Positions 38,422 through 49,217 of a DNA stretch of 64,000 nucleotides are shown here, one piece after another. The translations under genes were made by a program, and so were the position numbers. Where the stretch lies: positions 1 to 64,000 of IMG/VR virus record IMGVR_UViG_3300032289_001431; one strand, 5' to 3'. How positions within the stretch are numbered: the first letter of the stretch is position 1; every line of letters starts with the position of its first letter. Source of the DNA: a virus. The notes under the pieces are model-generated. The model did not search any database and was not told where the DNA came from. It worked only from the letters and a program-made list of their open reading frames with translations.

Positions 38422-40071
38422 TTAATAATTACTATCTTCTTCAGGCCATAATTCAGAATAACTATCAACTTTATTAGCTACGATTTCGTTTATATATGTT
38501 TCTTGTGTAAACAAATGAGTCACATGTGTAATTAACCATTGTCCTAAAAATCTATCGTCAAACGGATTTACATCACCAGACGCAGTACGATCAATAAATA
38601 TAAATTTTCCGGGAGTTCTTATTGTTAATCCTAAAGTTTGAAAAGAAATAGATTGATTTAAAAATATAGCATCTAAAATCATTTGATGTAAAGGAGCATC
38701 ATGTAAAGAATAAGGTCCGGTTATAGAAAATTCATTTTTAGTCATTTGTCCGGTTGTTTTTGTTTTATTTAAACTTATTAATATTTGTGGTTTTTGATTA
38801 CCATTGGATTTTTTAAAATTATATAAACCAAGTTTAGCCAATTCTTTTAATTTCTCAATTACTTTTTTTGCAGTATTATTTTTCTTTTTTAAATTAAAAA
38901 ACCCAGTATGTTCATCAAAATAACATAATGGAGAATTTAATATTCTAGCATCGTCTAAAGATACCATAGGAGAATAATTATATTTTGTTATTTTTGAAGC
39001 AACTATAGATGTAAAATTTTTAGTTTGTGTTCCAATTGAAGCATCGGCTCTTGGTATATACGGTGTGCTATTACTGGTATTTCCCGTTGTTTCGGATGAA
39101 TCGGGAGCTAAACCATCTTCCAAAATTAATCTTTCCACTTGTTCATCTGTAGATTTTTTAAAATACTCTGACAGTGAAATTAAATGCCATCCTTTATCTT
39201 CACTATTTCTACCATAATCAAGTAATACCGGAAAATCATCTGAAGATTTACAATGTGATAATATATAAAACATATCATCCAAAGCCGTAGAATTTGCACT
39301 CGGATGAAATGAAACTTTATTGTTAGAATCACCAACATCCCATTGTTGCGTTTTATCAAAATCAATACTAGGCTTATCGATACTTCCATTTTGATCAAAT
39401 CCAATTTTTATTTTTTCCATCGTATCACCATTAGTTGAAACTAAAGTTAATAAATCCTTTAAAGCATCATTGGGATTTATAGCAGCTTGTGAGTCTTTTA
39501 AAAATCTTGCTTGCGTTCCTAATCTTTTAGCCGACATGGTTGCAGATGACCATTCTAAATTTTTTTCTTTTAAAATTTGACATCTTTCGTCAATTAACAT
39601 ATACATCTTTTTCTTGATTTGAACATTTGGTGTTGGTAAATCTTGCATATCATAAACTACAAAATCATAGTCTAATTCCCAATATTTTTTTTCAAATTTA
39701 GCCGAACTACCAGCACTTTTAATGGTTCCGTCTAAATTCATGTCAACGGGATATATTTTAATATGTATTCTATTTCTACCATCAGTTCTGTCTATATAAG
39801 GAGCTTTAACATCTGTATTGTTTGGATCTGATGTTATTTTTTGAGCACCTCTTGCAAAAATTTCAAAATCAGAATTAAAAACTATTTCAGCTTTAGTAAT
39901 CCAAGTAGATAAACCTTCATGAATTTTAAGAGAATCAACAAAGAAAAAAGGAACATTTAATGGTTTTTGACCTTCAATTTGATTATACAATGATATTTCA
40001 ATATAATAATATTGATCTCTTACTTGATGATAAGTTCCTTTTTGATCTGTGTTGTTCATAGTATCAGCCAT
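38422..40071 (-). CDS. Baseplate hub protein (gp27/VgrG-hub-like)
   Basis: C-terminal G...R.PG..I...G.WLIT.V.H.F signature of hub/late-control-D proteins. Confidence 0.6.
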   Translation of the reverse strand: MADTMNNTDQKGTYHQVRDQYYYIEISLYNQIEGQKPLNVPFFFVDSLKIHEGLSTWITKAEIVFNSDFEIFARGAQKITSDPNNTDVKAPYIDRTDGRNRIHIKIYPVDMNLDGTIKSAGSSAKFEKKYWELDYDFVVYDMQDLPTPNVQIKKKMYMLIDERCQILKEKNLEWSSATMSAKRLGTQARFLKDSQAAINPNDALKDLLTLVSTNGDTMEKIKIGFDQNGSIDKPSIDFDKTQQWDVGDSNNKVSFHPSANSTALDDMFYILSHCKSSDDFPVLLDYGRNSEDKGWHLISLSEYFKKSTDEQVERLILEDGLAPDSSETTGNTSNSTPYIPRADASIGTQTKNFTSIVASKITKYNYSPMVSLDDARILNSPLCYFDEHTGFFNLKKKNNTAKKVIEKLKELAKLGLYNFKKSNGNQKPQILISLNKTKTTGQMTKNEFSITGPYSLHDAPLHQMILDAIFLNQSISFQTLGLTIRTPGKFIFIDRTASGDVNPFDDRFLGQWLITHVTHLFTQETYINEIVANKVDSYSELWPEEDSNY

Positions 40072-40073
40072 AA

Positions 40074-40664
40074 CTAACAAGATGCTTGATTGACATCTTT
40101 TAATAATTCAACTTCTAACTGATTAAAAACAAAAGTAACATTTGAATTAATTTCAGATGGATCTTGATTATTAAAATTTATTTCACTTAAACTGATTGGA
40201 AATGCGTTAGAATAAGAAAAAGAAATAATTTTATTATTATATTCATCAATGCCATAAATTTTAAAATTCGAAGTATAATTAGACATTGGATTAATTAATT
40301 TTTCTCCATTATCAACAATGTTATGTGCAGTTGTTTTAGATGTTTTATAATTATTTAACAAATTAAGCCAATTCCAAATAGCCCAATAGTTTTTATATCC
40401 ATTATCAATTAAAAATTTTATTTGCAACGGGTCATATGCTGGTCTTGAAAAAGATGAAGTTTTATAAAATTGTCCACCAAAAGGAACATCCACCGCAGGT
40501 ACATTGATAGCAGGTACAGGTGAGCCTATTATTGATAATTGTAAAGGGTCAATTTTAAAATTATCACTAATAATTCTATCATAATTCTTTTTCAGAGCTA
40601 ATGGAATATCCAAAACTAAAATGAATTTATCACTACGTGATCTATTTAACGGTGTTTGTAACAT
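40074..40664 (-). CDS. gp3: Tail completion/sheath stabilizer gp3-like (tail-tube fold)
   Basis: P.I.VP..PF, YDPL.I.F.ID...NY..IW.W and AFP.SLS.I.F motifs. Confidence 0.7.
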   Translation of the reverse strand: MLQTPLNRSRSDKFILVLDIPLALKKNYDRIISDNFKIDPLQLSIIGSPVPAINVPAVDVPFGGQFYKTSSFSRPAYDPLQIKFLIDNGYKNYWAIWNWLNLLNNYKTSKTTAHNIVDNGEKLINPMSNYTSNFKIYGIDEYNNKIISFSYSNAFPISLSEINFNNQDPSEINSNVTFVFNQLEVELLKDVNQASC

Positions 40665-40673
40665 AATATTTTA

Positions 40674-42563
40674 TTAAATTAGAATTGCTGGTCGCCATTC
40701 TTCTCCATTATATAATTTATCCTTATTATCTTTATTGTCTTTATCGATTGTTTCTACCATTGGTGGTTCAGGACCAACATTTCCCCAGTTTGAAAGCCAA
40801 CGTTGAAGCTGTAATGACTCTTGTTCAATTGTTATCGGTGCTTTCATGTCAAATTTACCCACAAAACTAACATTATTGTTAATAATATTATTAGTTTTTT
40901 TAAAATTTGAAACTTGACCGTAAAAAATTGGACTTTTTTTAATTAAATCGCTATTATCAACAAGAGGTTTAATTTTTAAAGGTCTACCTTGATCGTCAGT
41001 TTCAATAATATTGAAATATTTTGGTGCTATAGACGGATCTAAAATAAATAAACCCCATATTAAAGATAAAACTCTATCATCCAAATCTTCATCTTTTCTT
41101 TTACTAAATGTAAAATTAGGATGTCTAACAAAATTAGTAAGTTCCAATAAAGTATCCATGTCATATAACGCTAAAGCTTTCAAACTATTAGCCCAATATC
41201 TAAAATTCGTAACGCCCCTATAGCGAGTATTGGTGTGATTGTGAATACCAAATCTTCCTTCTTTGTTGTAATGTTTACTCATACCGTCAAACTGATATGT
41301 AACAACTGATTCATAATTGTGCGTGTGACACAATACGTCTAATACTTGTTGACCATTATTGTTGTTTTCAACAAGAATGGGTGGTCTACCCCAATCGTTA
41401 AGAATGCCCATTAATCTTGTTCCAAAATGAAAAGGACTCATTTGATTTGTTGAATAAATTGCAACTTGTTTTATATTTGTAAGATCTGAAAAATCTAAAA
41501 TTTGTGCAACTGTATTGCTTCTTCCTATACCTTCACTGACATCAACGCCAATAGCATAAAAACTTTCGGGGTTTGGTTCATTAAAAACTTTATAATCACC
41601 ATTATCCATAACAAGTATGGGGTCTTTGCATTGTTCTTTTAATTTTTCTAATAATTCAGGATCAATTGCGGTTTTACCTTTGTCGTGAAATACATTTCCA
41701 AACTCTTGATCAAAATCTTCTTTTGATCCAATAGCATCTATAGCATCAAGTTTCCAAGCTTCGTCTCTACCGGGAACTTCCCACCAATCAACTCGTTCTA
41801 AATGCCATTCGCTATTTGATTCTTGTGCTTGTTTATAAAGATCATAAAATTTATTATCTACACCATTAGGCGTACTAATAATCACAAGTTGTGATTTCTT
41901 AGAAGATGAAATAATAGGAATAGCCGATTTCCACAATTCTTTCATTAAATCATTAGGACAGTGTGCCATTTCATCTATAATAAGAAGATTACTTGAACTA
42001 CCACGAGGTCCAGCACTTGATGTTGAACAAACCGTAATAGCCGAATCGTTTTCTAATTGAAAACCATCTTTTCTCCACGATTTAACGGATGGTTTCATCC
42101 AAATTGGAAGCTGTTCAAATGCCATTTTAATACGAGCAAAAATTTCTTTTGCGGTATCTTCTTTATTTGCAACAATAGTGATCCTCTTATCGTTCTGAAA
42201 ACATACCATCCACAGCGCATAAATGGTGATTGTAGTTGTTTTTCCACTTTGACGGCTAGATAAGACAACATTAAATCTATTAGTAGAAAATGCTTTCAAA
42301 AGACGTTTTTGATACTTTCTAAGTTCTATTTTTTGTTTTCCATCATCAAGAGTTGTGATGAAAAAATAATTTTCAGCGAAATGTAATATTTTTTTATTAC
42401 ATGTTTTAATCTCCTCAATCATTTGAGGAGTCCATTTCATTTGAGCGTTACCTCTTAATAGATTTTCATTGCCTTTAAAGAAATTACCATCTACTAATAT
42501 GTCTTCTGTTGAAATATTAGATAAATCCAATTCATTATTTTCATCTTTTTTCTTCCTTGGCAT
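40674..42563 (-). CDS. gp17: Terminase large subunit gp17
   Basis: SRQSGKTT, IIDE.AH, ISTPNG, WWEVPGRD, F.QEF, GVDVSEG and DDRV motifs. Confidence 0.96.
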   Translation of the reverse strand: MPRKKKDENNELDLSNISTEDILVDGNFFKGNENLLRGNAQMKWTPQMIEEIKTCNKKILHFAENYFFITTLDDGKQKIELRKYQKRLLKAFSTNRFNVVLSSRQSGKTTTITIYALWMVCFQNDKRITIVANKEDTAKEIFARIKMAFEQLPIWMKPSVKSWRKDGFQLENDSAITVCSTSSAGPRGSSSNLLIIDEMAHCPNDLMKELWKSAIPIISSSKKSQLVIISTPNGVDNKFYDLYKQAQESNSEWHLERVDWWEVPGRDEAWKLDAIDAIGSKEDFDQEFGNVFHDKGKTAIDPELLEKLKEQCKDPILVMDNGDYKVFNEPNPESFYAIGVDVSEGIGRSNTVAQILDFSDLTNIKQVAIYSTNQMSPFHFGTRLMGILNDWGRPPILVENNNNGQQVLDVLCHTHNYESVVTYQFDGMSKHYNKEGRFGIHNHTNTRYRGVTNFRYWANSLKALALYDMDTLLELTNFVRHPNFTFSKRKDEDLDDRVLSLIWGLFILDPSIAPKYFNIIETDDQGRPLKIKPLVDNSDLIKKSPIFYGQVSNFKKTNNIINNNVSFVGKFDMKAPITIEQESLQLQRWLSNWGNVGPEPPMVETIDKDNKDNKDKLYNGEEWRPAILI

Positions 42564-42569
42564 CTTATT

Positions 42570-42583
42570 AATAAATACTTATG
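42570..42583. promoter_or_regulatory. Divergent late-promoter motifs
   Basis: AATAAATA on + (42570-42577) and CATAAGTA on - (42576-42583, upstream of gp17). Confidence 0.55.
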
Positions 42584-42979
42584 AGAAAAATGAATAAATC
42601 GACTCTTAAAACGGATAAAAATAATCTATTATTAGGTAAAAAAGATTTAATCTTAAATTATCAAAGTAAATGGTTGATTTATAAATTAAATCTTTTTGAT
42701 AAAAAGGGATTATGGTTAAAATTTCAAAATAAATTAAACGAATTGCATGAAAAAAACATGTTAAAAACAATAACAGACGATGATTTATTAGATTTTTCTT
42801 TAAAAAATTCACATATTGAATTTGAATTACATGCATTTGAAGATATAATGCAAAAACATAATTTATTTAAGATTAATGAAATTATATATTCATATTCAGA
42901 TGGTAAAAAAACCAAAAACACTAAAAATATAGCTTATGTTAGGTTTTATTTTGAGTTAGAAGAATTTTTTAACTATTAA
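42581..42979 (+). CDS. Hypothetical protein
   Basis: 132-aa ORF filling the gap between gp17 and gp53, with a late motif upstream. Confidence 0.55.
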   Translation: MRKMNKSTLKTDKNNLLLGKKDLILNYQSKWLIYKLNLFDKKGLWLKFQNKLNELHEKNMLKTITDDDLLDFSLKNSHIEFELHAFEDIMQKHNLFKINEIIYSYSDGKKTKNTKNIAYVRFYFELEEFFNY

Positions 42980-43349
42980 TTTGAGCATTTAATGCTGATA
43001 TAACAGGCCAGACAAATTCCTTTTTCAATAATTTAATTTTAGTTCCCTGTTCCGGTATCAATGTGGGATTTTGAATGTTATTATATTCACATATTAACCA
43101 CCATAAATTCATTGTACCGTAATATCTGTATGATATTAAAACCCAAGTGTCATTTAATTTAACATAATAATCATCTTCTGCTGAACTATCATTAGCAGGT
43201 AAAATATTTATCGATCTTAAAAAATTATAAAAGCGAGTTCCGTTATCATCTTCGTATATATTCAAGAAATTTTCATATCTGTAAATAGATAATTTAGGCA
43301 AATCTGTAAAGTCTGATTGTTTCATATTATTATGGGTTTCCTGTTGCAC
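42969..43349 (-). CDS. gp53: Baseplate wedge gp53-like (LysM-like)
   Basis: Y.VK..DT...ISY.YYG...LWW.I..YN.I.NP motif. Confidence 0.8.
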   Translation of the reverse strand: MQQETHNNMKQSDFTDLPKLSIYRYENFLNIYEDDNGTRFYNFLRSINILPANDSSAEDDYYVKLNDTWVLISYRYYGTMNLWWLICEYNNIQNPTLIPEQGTKIKLLKKEFVWPVISALNAQINS

Positions 43350-44439
43350 GATTTACTATGTCTCCTAGAAAATCACCTGTTGCGTTAGCAGCATTAGTAA
43401 GTGTTTCTGCAATTGCACCACCATCAGTAACTGAAATTTTAGAACCCCCCATTGTACCAGCAAATACATTTGAACTTTGTGATAACAGATCGGTAAAAGT
43501 TATTGATACTCTATATGCTTCAGGCATAATAATATTATTTGCACCATATCCATACCAATCACTCATAGCTCTTGTCGTACCAATGCTTTCTATTTTTAAC
43601 TCACTAACTACTGCTGCTGGCATATAAACACCGCCAATGGCATAAGCGTCAACTTCATAAATTTTCGGTGGTATAAATGTCATTAACGATGTTCTTGTTT
43701 TTAAATTTTGAAAGGTAAAAAGTTGAACAAAACTAAAATGTCTAAATGCTGATTTTAAATCTAATGTATTATATAAAGGAAACGATAATGTTATAGATTG
43801 CTGTGAAGTTGACTTATATTCTTTTGTATCTTCAAATCCAAATCCCGGAGTTAAAGCACCCATTACAGCACCACCCACAGCACCAATTAAAGCAGAACCT
43901 GCATTGTTATTTTGACTAGATCCGCTAGATTGAGCACCAAAACTTTTAGCTAGAGACGAAAGACCCTGTGCATCATCCCAAGTATTACTAATTGTTCTCA
44001 ATGGTTGTCCGCTGTTTATTAACCAAGGAAAATTATATTTAAAACCCGTGGGTTTAGCGGAATATAATTTTAAAAATGTATCTAAATTTTTTGCATTACT
44101 AGCACCAACAACAGATCCAGCAGTACTTAAAACTGCACCAGTTTGTGTTAATAAATTTGATAATTGCGTTGCCCATGTTCCAAATTGAAGTTCTTTTTCT
44201 ACACAGAACACAGAAGGAACTTCGTCTTTATTTCCCGTGTTAGACCAATACATGTCTTTTGATACATCCACAAGACCACTTCCGGTTTTTTCTAATACCG
44301 TGTATGGTGAACTATGAACTCCCAAGAAACTCATTTCTTTGTCTGTAGCTTTAAAATACTGTGCTGAACCACCAGAACTTCCACCAAAACTACCGTTTAC
44401 ACCACTAGCCCCATCTTGTGTTATAGCATCATTTGACAT
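43330..44439 (-). CDS. Baseplate tail-tube cap/initiator (gp48-like)
   Basis: Tube-fold pattern with Gly-rich insert, PP.IY.V, A.V..L.I and V.ITF..L; adjacent to gp53. Confidence 0.5.
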   Translation of the reverse strand: MSNDAITQDGASGVNGSFGGSSGGSAQYFKATDKEMSFLGVHSSPYTVLEKTGSGLVDVSKDMYWSNTGNKDEVPSVFCVEKELQFGTWATQLSNLLTQTGAVLSTAGSVVGASNAKNLDTFLKLYSAKPTGFKYNFPWLINSGQPLRTISNTWDDAQGLSSLAKSFGAQSSGSSQNNNAGSALIGAVGGAVMGALTPGFGFEDTKEYKSTSQQSITLSFPLYNTLDLKSAFRHFSFVQLFTFQNLKTRTSLMTFIPPKIYEVDAYAIGGVYMPAAVVSELKIESIGTTRAMSDWYGYGANNIIMPEAYRVSITFTDLLSQSSNVFAGTMGGSKISVTDGGAIAETLTNAANATGDFLGDIVNRATGNP

Positions 44440-44445
44440 ATAAAA

Positions 44446-44453
44446 TACTTATA
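44446..44453 (-). promoter_or_regulatory. Late promoter
   Basis: TATAAGTA, 6 nt before the ATG at 44439. Confidence 0.65.
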
Positions 44454-44460
44454 AAATACG

Positions 44461-46635
44461 TTAAATATAACCCCAATTCCTATTGTTTGAATTATTGGTA
44501 TATGTCATTCTAGTTTCAAAGTTAACATCTCTTACTGGTTTAAGAAGATAATCTTTAATTCCCGTATTAGAACTTGGTGATTGTTGTGTTTGATTTATAA
44601 CAGTAGTGCTTTGTGTGTTATTTTGTTTTTCAGAGTTTTTCTGTAATGTAGCTGTTAAATTATCCAAACTAGTTATTATTTTTTTGTTATCTTGACTAAG
44701 TGCAACGTTTTGAGCGACTACTTGATTTGAATTTTCTTCCGGTTTTGGTTCGTATTTTACGGATGGTGCTGGCATTACTGGTCCTACTGGTGTAATGACG
44801 GGTGTAATTTTTGGTTCTTTTTCTTTATTAGGCATCAATGCTTTTGAATATCTTTCATCTAAAACTTTACGTTCTTCTGGTGAAGCTTGTTGATATTTTG
44901 GTGAACTTCTCCATATTTCTTGTGGTGTTCTGTTATCTTCGGGACCCATAGCCTGACCGTCATTATAAGTCTTCATCAAATCTATTGTTTGTTCGCCTAA
45001 TTTGTGAGTATCTATTTTCTCCGCTACCCAATCAACAGCTTCTCCTATTTTACCAACCCAACCCAATGTTGGTATTTTACCAACCCAACCAAGTAGTGTT
45101 CCAAAAAAGCTTACAAGTTCAGATATTAAACTACCTAAACCACCAAAAAATCCAGCAATAACAGCTGTAGCTTTTTGTATCGGACCCAAAGCATCATCGT
45201 TTATAACCGAAAAAAATGTTTTAATCCCTGTTACAAAACCATCAATTAATTGTATAACTGGTATGGATATAAATCTAGCCAACCATTTTAAAGGCGCAAT
45301 AAACATCTCTAATACTTTTCCAAGAGGACTAAAAAATTCAAAAAAACCTTGAATTGGTCCTTTAATTTTTGTTAATTGTTCTCCAAGATTTTTTACAAAT
45401 TTGCTTACATTTGATAATGGACCTTCTTCTTTAAACATATTACTAATATTAGTAAACCAACCTGAAACACGAGTTCTAAGATCTGTTATTGTTTGCCATG
45501 ATGTTTTTAAAGCATTAGACATCCTAGCGTACATTCCTTCGGTTTTTACTAAAGATTCACCATAAGCATTTTGTGCTGTTGTTAATTTTGCAAAATTCTT
45601 TTCAAACCCCAGTTTTTCAAAAAAACTATTTTTAAATTTTGAAATTTCATCTAAAACACCGTTTTTAAATTTTGTAATACCTTCTGTTGTCGCTTTAATC
45701 GTTTCGTCTATCCATTTATTAATTCCAAGTTTTTCTCCAATTTTAACAAACGGATCTATTAAAAATCTTTTAAGAGCTACACCAACTTGTTCAAGTTGTT
45801 TTCCAATTTTAGTAAAAATTTCACCAATAGTTATCACCATCCCTTTAACACTTTGATAAATTTTATATAATTTTTCGCCCATCCATACTATATCGGCTAA
45901 TGCTAAAAGTAATATACTTGCGAGCCAACCGCTACCGCCGCCTTTAAAAGAATCTTTAATGTTTTTAATAATACTTGCAATTCCTTTATCCATGTTTTCG
46001 GTAAACGAACTTAATGATTTATAGATAGGATCTAAAAGTGTTCTTAATATTTTTATACCTTCAGGATGGAAACTTACCCTTAATATTTGCTCTCCTATGT
46101 TTTTTTGCTCACCCGTATCATTTTGTTTGTTGATTTTACCAAAAAGATTATTAATATTATTTGGTAAATTTTTAAAAACTTCAGATAATTTAAAAAACAT
46201 ATCATCCTTTTTTCCATTCTCTTCGGTTTTTTCGTTTATTTTAATCTTTTTAACCCCATCGGGTAATAAATCCAAAATAGGAGATTTTTTTAATTTTTCA
46301 ACATTCGTTTTTTCGTTTTTATAATTTTCGTCTTCAAGTTTTTGAAGTTTTTCTTCTCTTTCTTTTATTTCTTTATCTCTTTTTAATTTTTTTTCATAGT
46401 CAGCTATTTCTTTATCTTCTATATCTTTGATAAAACGTTCTCTAGCTTCACGGAGTTTTCTAGAACGTTGTTCAATCTCAGTTTCACCCTTTAAAGCCGC
46501 TTTTTTGAGTTCTATTAAAGCTAAATTTTGTTTATTAACATAATCTTGTTCTCTTTTATATTTTTCTGCCATCGCTTGAATAGCCGCAAGATCAGCCTCG
46601 TTAGGCTGTGTACCCGTAAACGTATTAAATGACAT
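44461..46635 (-). CDS. Tape measure / gp29-like protein
   Basis: 724 aa; coiled coil followed by long amphipathic helices with a TM-like segment; located in the tail block; AATAAGTA upstream (46642-46649). Confidence 0.6.
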   Translation of the reverse strand: MSFNTFTGTQPNEADLAAIQAMAEKYKREQDYVNKQNLALIELKKAALKGETEIEQRSRKLREARERFIKDIEDKEIADYEKKLKRDKEIKEREEKLQKLEDENYKNEKTNVEKLKKSPILDLLPDGVKKIKINEKTEENGKKDDMFFKLSEVFKNLPNNINNLFGKINKQNDTGEQKNIGEQILRVSFHPEGIKILRTLLDPIYKSLSSFTENMDKGIASIIKNIKDSFKGGGSGWLASILLLALADIVWMGEKLYKIYQSVKGMVITIGEIFTKIGKQLEQVGVALKRFLIDPFVKIGEKLGINKWIDETIKATTEGITKFKNGVLDEISKFKNSFFEKLGFEKNFAKLTTAQNAYGESLVKTEGMYARMSNALKTSWQTITDLRTRVSGWFTNISNMFKEEGPLSNVSKFVKNLGEQLTKIKGPIQGFFEFFSPLGKVLEMFIAPLKWLARFISIPVIQLIDGFVTGIKTFFSVINDDALGPIQKATAVIAGFFGGLGSLISELVSFFGTLLGWVGKIPTLGWVGKIGEAVDWVAEKIDTHKLGEQTIDLMKTYNDGQAMGPEDNRTPQEIWRSSPKYQQASPEERKVLDERYSKALMPNKEKEPKITPVITPVGPVMPAPSVKYEPKPEENSNQVVAQNVALSQDNKKIITSLDNLTATLQKNSEKQNNTQSTTVINQTQQSPSSNTGIKDYLLKPVRDVNFETRMTYTNNSNNRNWGYI

Positions 46636-46664
46636 ATATACTACTTATTGTAGTATATATATTT

Positions 46665-47483
46665 TCAGTTTAAAAACAACACACTGTCCACACTGATGGT
46701 TTTTACATATTCATCATGTTTAACCGTTAAAACTTCATCCAATTTAGACTTCCACTCAGTAATAGTTTCTAATACCTTTTGAACAAGAACACTTGGAAGT
46801 TTTTCTATGATTTTTATTCTCTGTTCAAATTTAAGATCGGTTAAAATTACCTCTTCTTCATTTATCCAAATTTTGTTGATATATTTTGAAAGTTCGCCCA
46901 AAAAAGCATTAGTAATTAAAATTTTAACATCTTCGTTTGATTTAATGTCTTCGGTTTTTTTATTACCTTTAAATTGATTATCATATTCTACTTCAGTTTT
47001 AATTGTGGGTGGCATAATTTCAGCTTTTAAAACAAATGAACTATTATGTGATTCTAAAACTATGGTTTCGGGTGATTTATAGGATTTAAATTTATTTAAA
47101 ATATCTTTAACATCATATTTATTGGAAATGTTTTTTGCATCATCAAAAATTACATTAATTGATTCTGATATTTGTCCTTTTAAAGCTATTGCAATAGAAG
47201 TTTTATCTGATAGTGTTAAACTGTCAATTAAAGCATCATCACCATTAACTATATTAGTTTTTAAAATATTATAAAACGCAGTTATAAAACTTGTATTATA
47301 TATGGAAGTATCCATAGCAGCATTAAGTAGTTCTTTTTGTTGTTTTGCGTTTAAACCTTTAAATGTTAAATATTCTCGTTTAGATGGTATCCAAACTTCA
47401 ATTTTAAATGCATCGGATGCTTTATCTAACGCACTTAAAGCACTATTAAAATCTAAAAGATTATTTTCTACGTTTTCTTCCAT
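46665..47483 (-). CDS. Baseplate hub assembly protein gp26-like
   Basis: V.IPS....L.FK.L..KQQK.LL, L...D and P....E motifs. Confidence 0.65.
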   Translation of the reverse strand: MEENVENNLLDFNSALSALDKASDAFKIEVWIPSKREYLTFKGLNAKQQKELLNAAMDTSIYNTSFITAFYNILKTNIVNGDDALIDSLTLSDKTSIAIALKGQISESINVIFDDAKNISNKYDVKDILNKFKSYKSPETIVLESHNSSFVLKAEIMPPTIKTEVEYDNQFKGNKKTEDIKSNEDVKILITNAFLGELSKYINKIWINEEEVILTDLKFEQRIKIIEKLPSVLVQKVLETITEWKSKLDEVLTVKHDEYVKTISVDSVLFLN

Positions 47484-47498
47484 AATATATTATTTAGA

Positions 47499-48479
47499 TT
47501 ATTCTTGATTAAATTCAAGAGCCAGTTTTTTGACAGCATCGCTAAACCCACTACCATTATTTGGGTTTTCTAATCCGTCAGATTCTGACTTATCTCTTTT
47601 TTTATTGGCATCTTCAATAATAGTCATATATATTTTTCTTTCCATGTGTGAAATTCCCATTACATATTGAGGTGATATGTTATATGAGGCCAAAAAATAT
47701 ATATCTTGAAATATAGATCTTATATCATACGAAAATAATAATTTTACATGTTCTATAAAACTTAAATTATAAAAATTAAATTTATAATCATCAAAAACAG
47801 AAACGTCAAACAAATTTGATTCAAATAATACTTTGCAAGAGTTTACAATTTTATCTTGTATTTTATCTTTTAATTTTAATGGTATCTTATCAAATAGTTT
47901 TATTTTTTGTTGTTTACTTAATACATTATGTAATATTTTATTATTATCAATTTTTATATATTCTATAAATTCACACAACGAATCATTAAAAAAATAATAT
48001 TGATTTTTTGTGGATATATCAGTGGTATTAAATGTTGAAATAGAATTTAAAACAGGCCAATTTAATTTTACTTCAATATTTTGTTCCGATAAAAATGAAT
48101 TATTTTCATCTTCAAAAAAATTAGAATTTTTATATAAATTAATTAAATATTTTTTTAAATCTATTTGTATTTTTGTTTTAACTTTAGATTCTTCTTCCGT
48201 TTTTAATATAAAATCAATTTTAGACCCAACACTGACGGTTCTTAATTTTGTTAAAAACAATACATATTCGATTATATTGATATTTTTAAAAATATCTTTA
48301 TTTTCCACACAATTTAAAATAACGTTCAATGCATATTCGCTATATTCAAATAACGAATTTTTATCAGGGGCAAAACTCATATTAGCTTTTGCCAATGCCA
48401 ATTGTTCTTCTGTGTTTAGTTCTCTAAACTTTATTTTAGTTTTAGTGTAAGGCAAATCTACACTATAGTTATAATACAT
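47499..48479 (-). CDS. gp26-like baseplate hub assembly protein with C-terminal gp51-like segment
   Basis: LP.T..KI.FR, YVLF...LR..SVG; C-terminal YFL....S..Y....S..ERKIY. Confidence 0.65.
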   Translation of the reverse strand: MYYNYSVDLPYTKTKIKFRELNTEEQLALAKANMSFAPDKNSLFEYSEYALNVILNCVENKDIFKNINIIEYVLFLTKLRTVSVGSKIDFILKTEEESKVKTKIQIDLKKYLINLYKNSNFFEDENNSFLSEQNIEVKLNWPVLNSISTFNTTDISTKNQYYFFNDSLCEFIEYIKIDNNKILHNVLSKQQKIKLFDKIPLKLKDKIQDKIVNSCKVLFESNLFDVSVFDDYKFNFYNLSFIEHVKLLFSYDIRSIFQDIYFLASYNISPQYVMGISHMERKIYMTIIEDANKKRDKSESDGLENPNNGSGFSDAVKKLALEFNQE

Positions 48480-48487
48480 ATATAAAT

Positions 48488-49186
48488 TTATCTTAATCCT
48501 ATAAAAGATCCACTAGAACCATCTAAAATAGAATATCTATCATAAATAAATTTAACATCACTGTATCTCAATCCTTCTTCAGTGTAAGAATAAGTTTCAC
48601 CTGCTATGTTTATTGGAGCCGCATTATAAAATCTATATATTTTCCTTATTCCCATTTGTTTATCAGCACCAGTTTTTGCATACATTGTAACATCTATAGT
48701 TGATGCTTTTACTCTTTTATTACTATTTGCGTTTCTAGCTACCAAACCATTATAACTAACCATTATAATCCAAGGTCTTATTATAAAATCTAAAAACGAT
48801 GCATTCGTCTCAAGCATAGTTATATTTAAAGTTTCATATTTGCCTCTAGTGTTCGAGGTGGCTGGTGGTAAAAAACCAGCATAATCTAAACCTATGTTGC
48901 CAGCGTCTACAGATTCTCCGGGAAGTTGTACTTGTCTTGCAAAAACACAACCCATCATGTTTTCAGATGAACGTTGTAATCCACCATCTAATAAAGTAGT
49001 TATTACTGAATTATTAAGTTTCCATTCGGTTGGTTCTCTTTGTTTAATAACATTTTGTATATTATTAAATAAACTATTAACGTTATCAAAATTAATAGTC
49101 ACCATCCATTGACTAGCTAACGCAATCGCTGTAGGCCATTCGCCTAAAAGCTGTAAATAATACTCGTAAGGACTACCTTGTGGCAT
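48488..49186 (-). CDS. Tail-tube-like baseplate protein (gp54-like)
   Basis: V.LPGES, L.I..LET, I.PW, YRFYNA.P and V.F.Y motifs. Confidence 0.6.
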   Translation of the reverse strand: MPQGSPYEYYLQLLGEWPTAIALASQWMVTINFDNVNSLFNNIQNVIKQREPTEWKLNNSVITTLLDGGLQRSSENMMGCVFARQVQLPGESVDAGNIGLDYAGFLPPATSNTRGKYETLNITMLETNASFLDFIIRPWIIMVSYNGLVARNANSNKRVKASTIDVTMYAKTGADKQMGIRKIYRFYNAAPINIAGETYSYTEEGLRYSDVKFIYDRYSILDGSSGSFIGLR

Positions 49187-49217
49187 AATAATATTTATGC
49201 CACAAGGTCAAATAATA

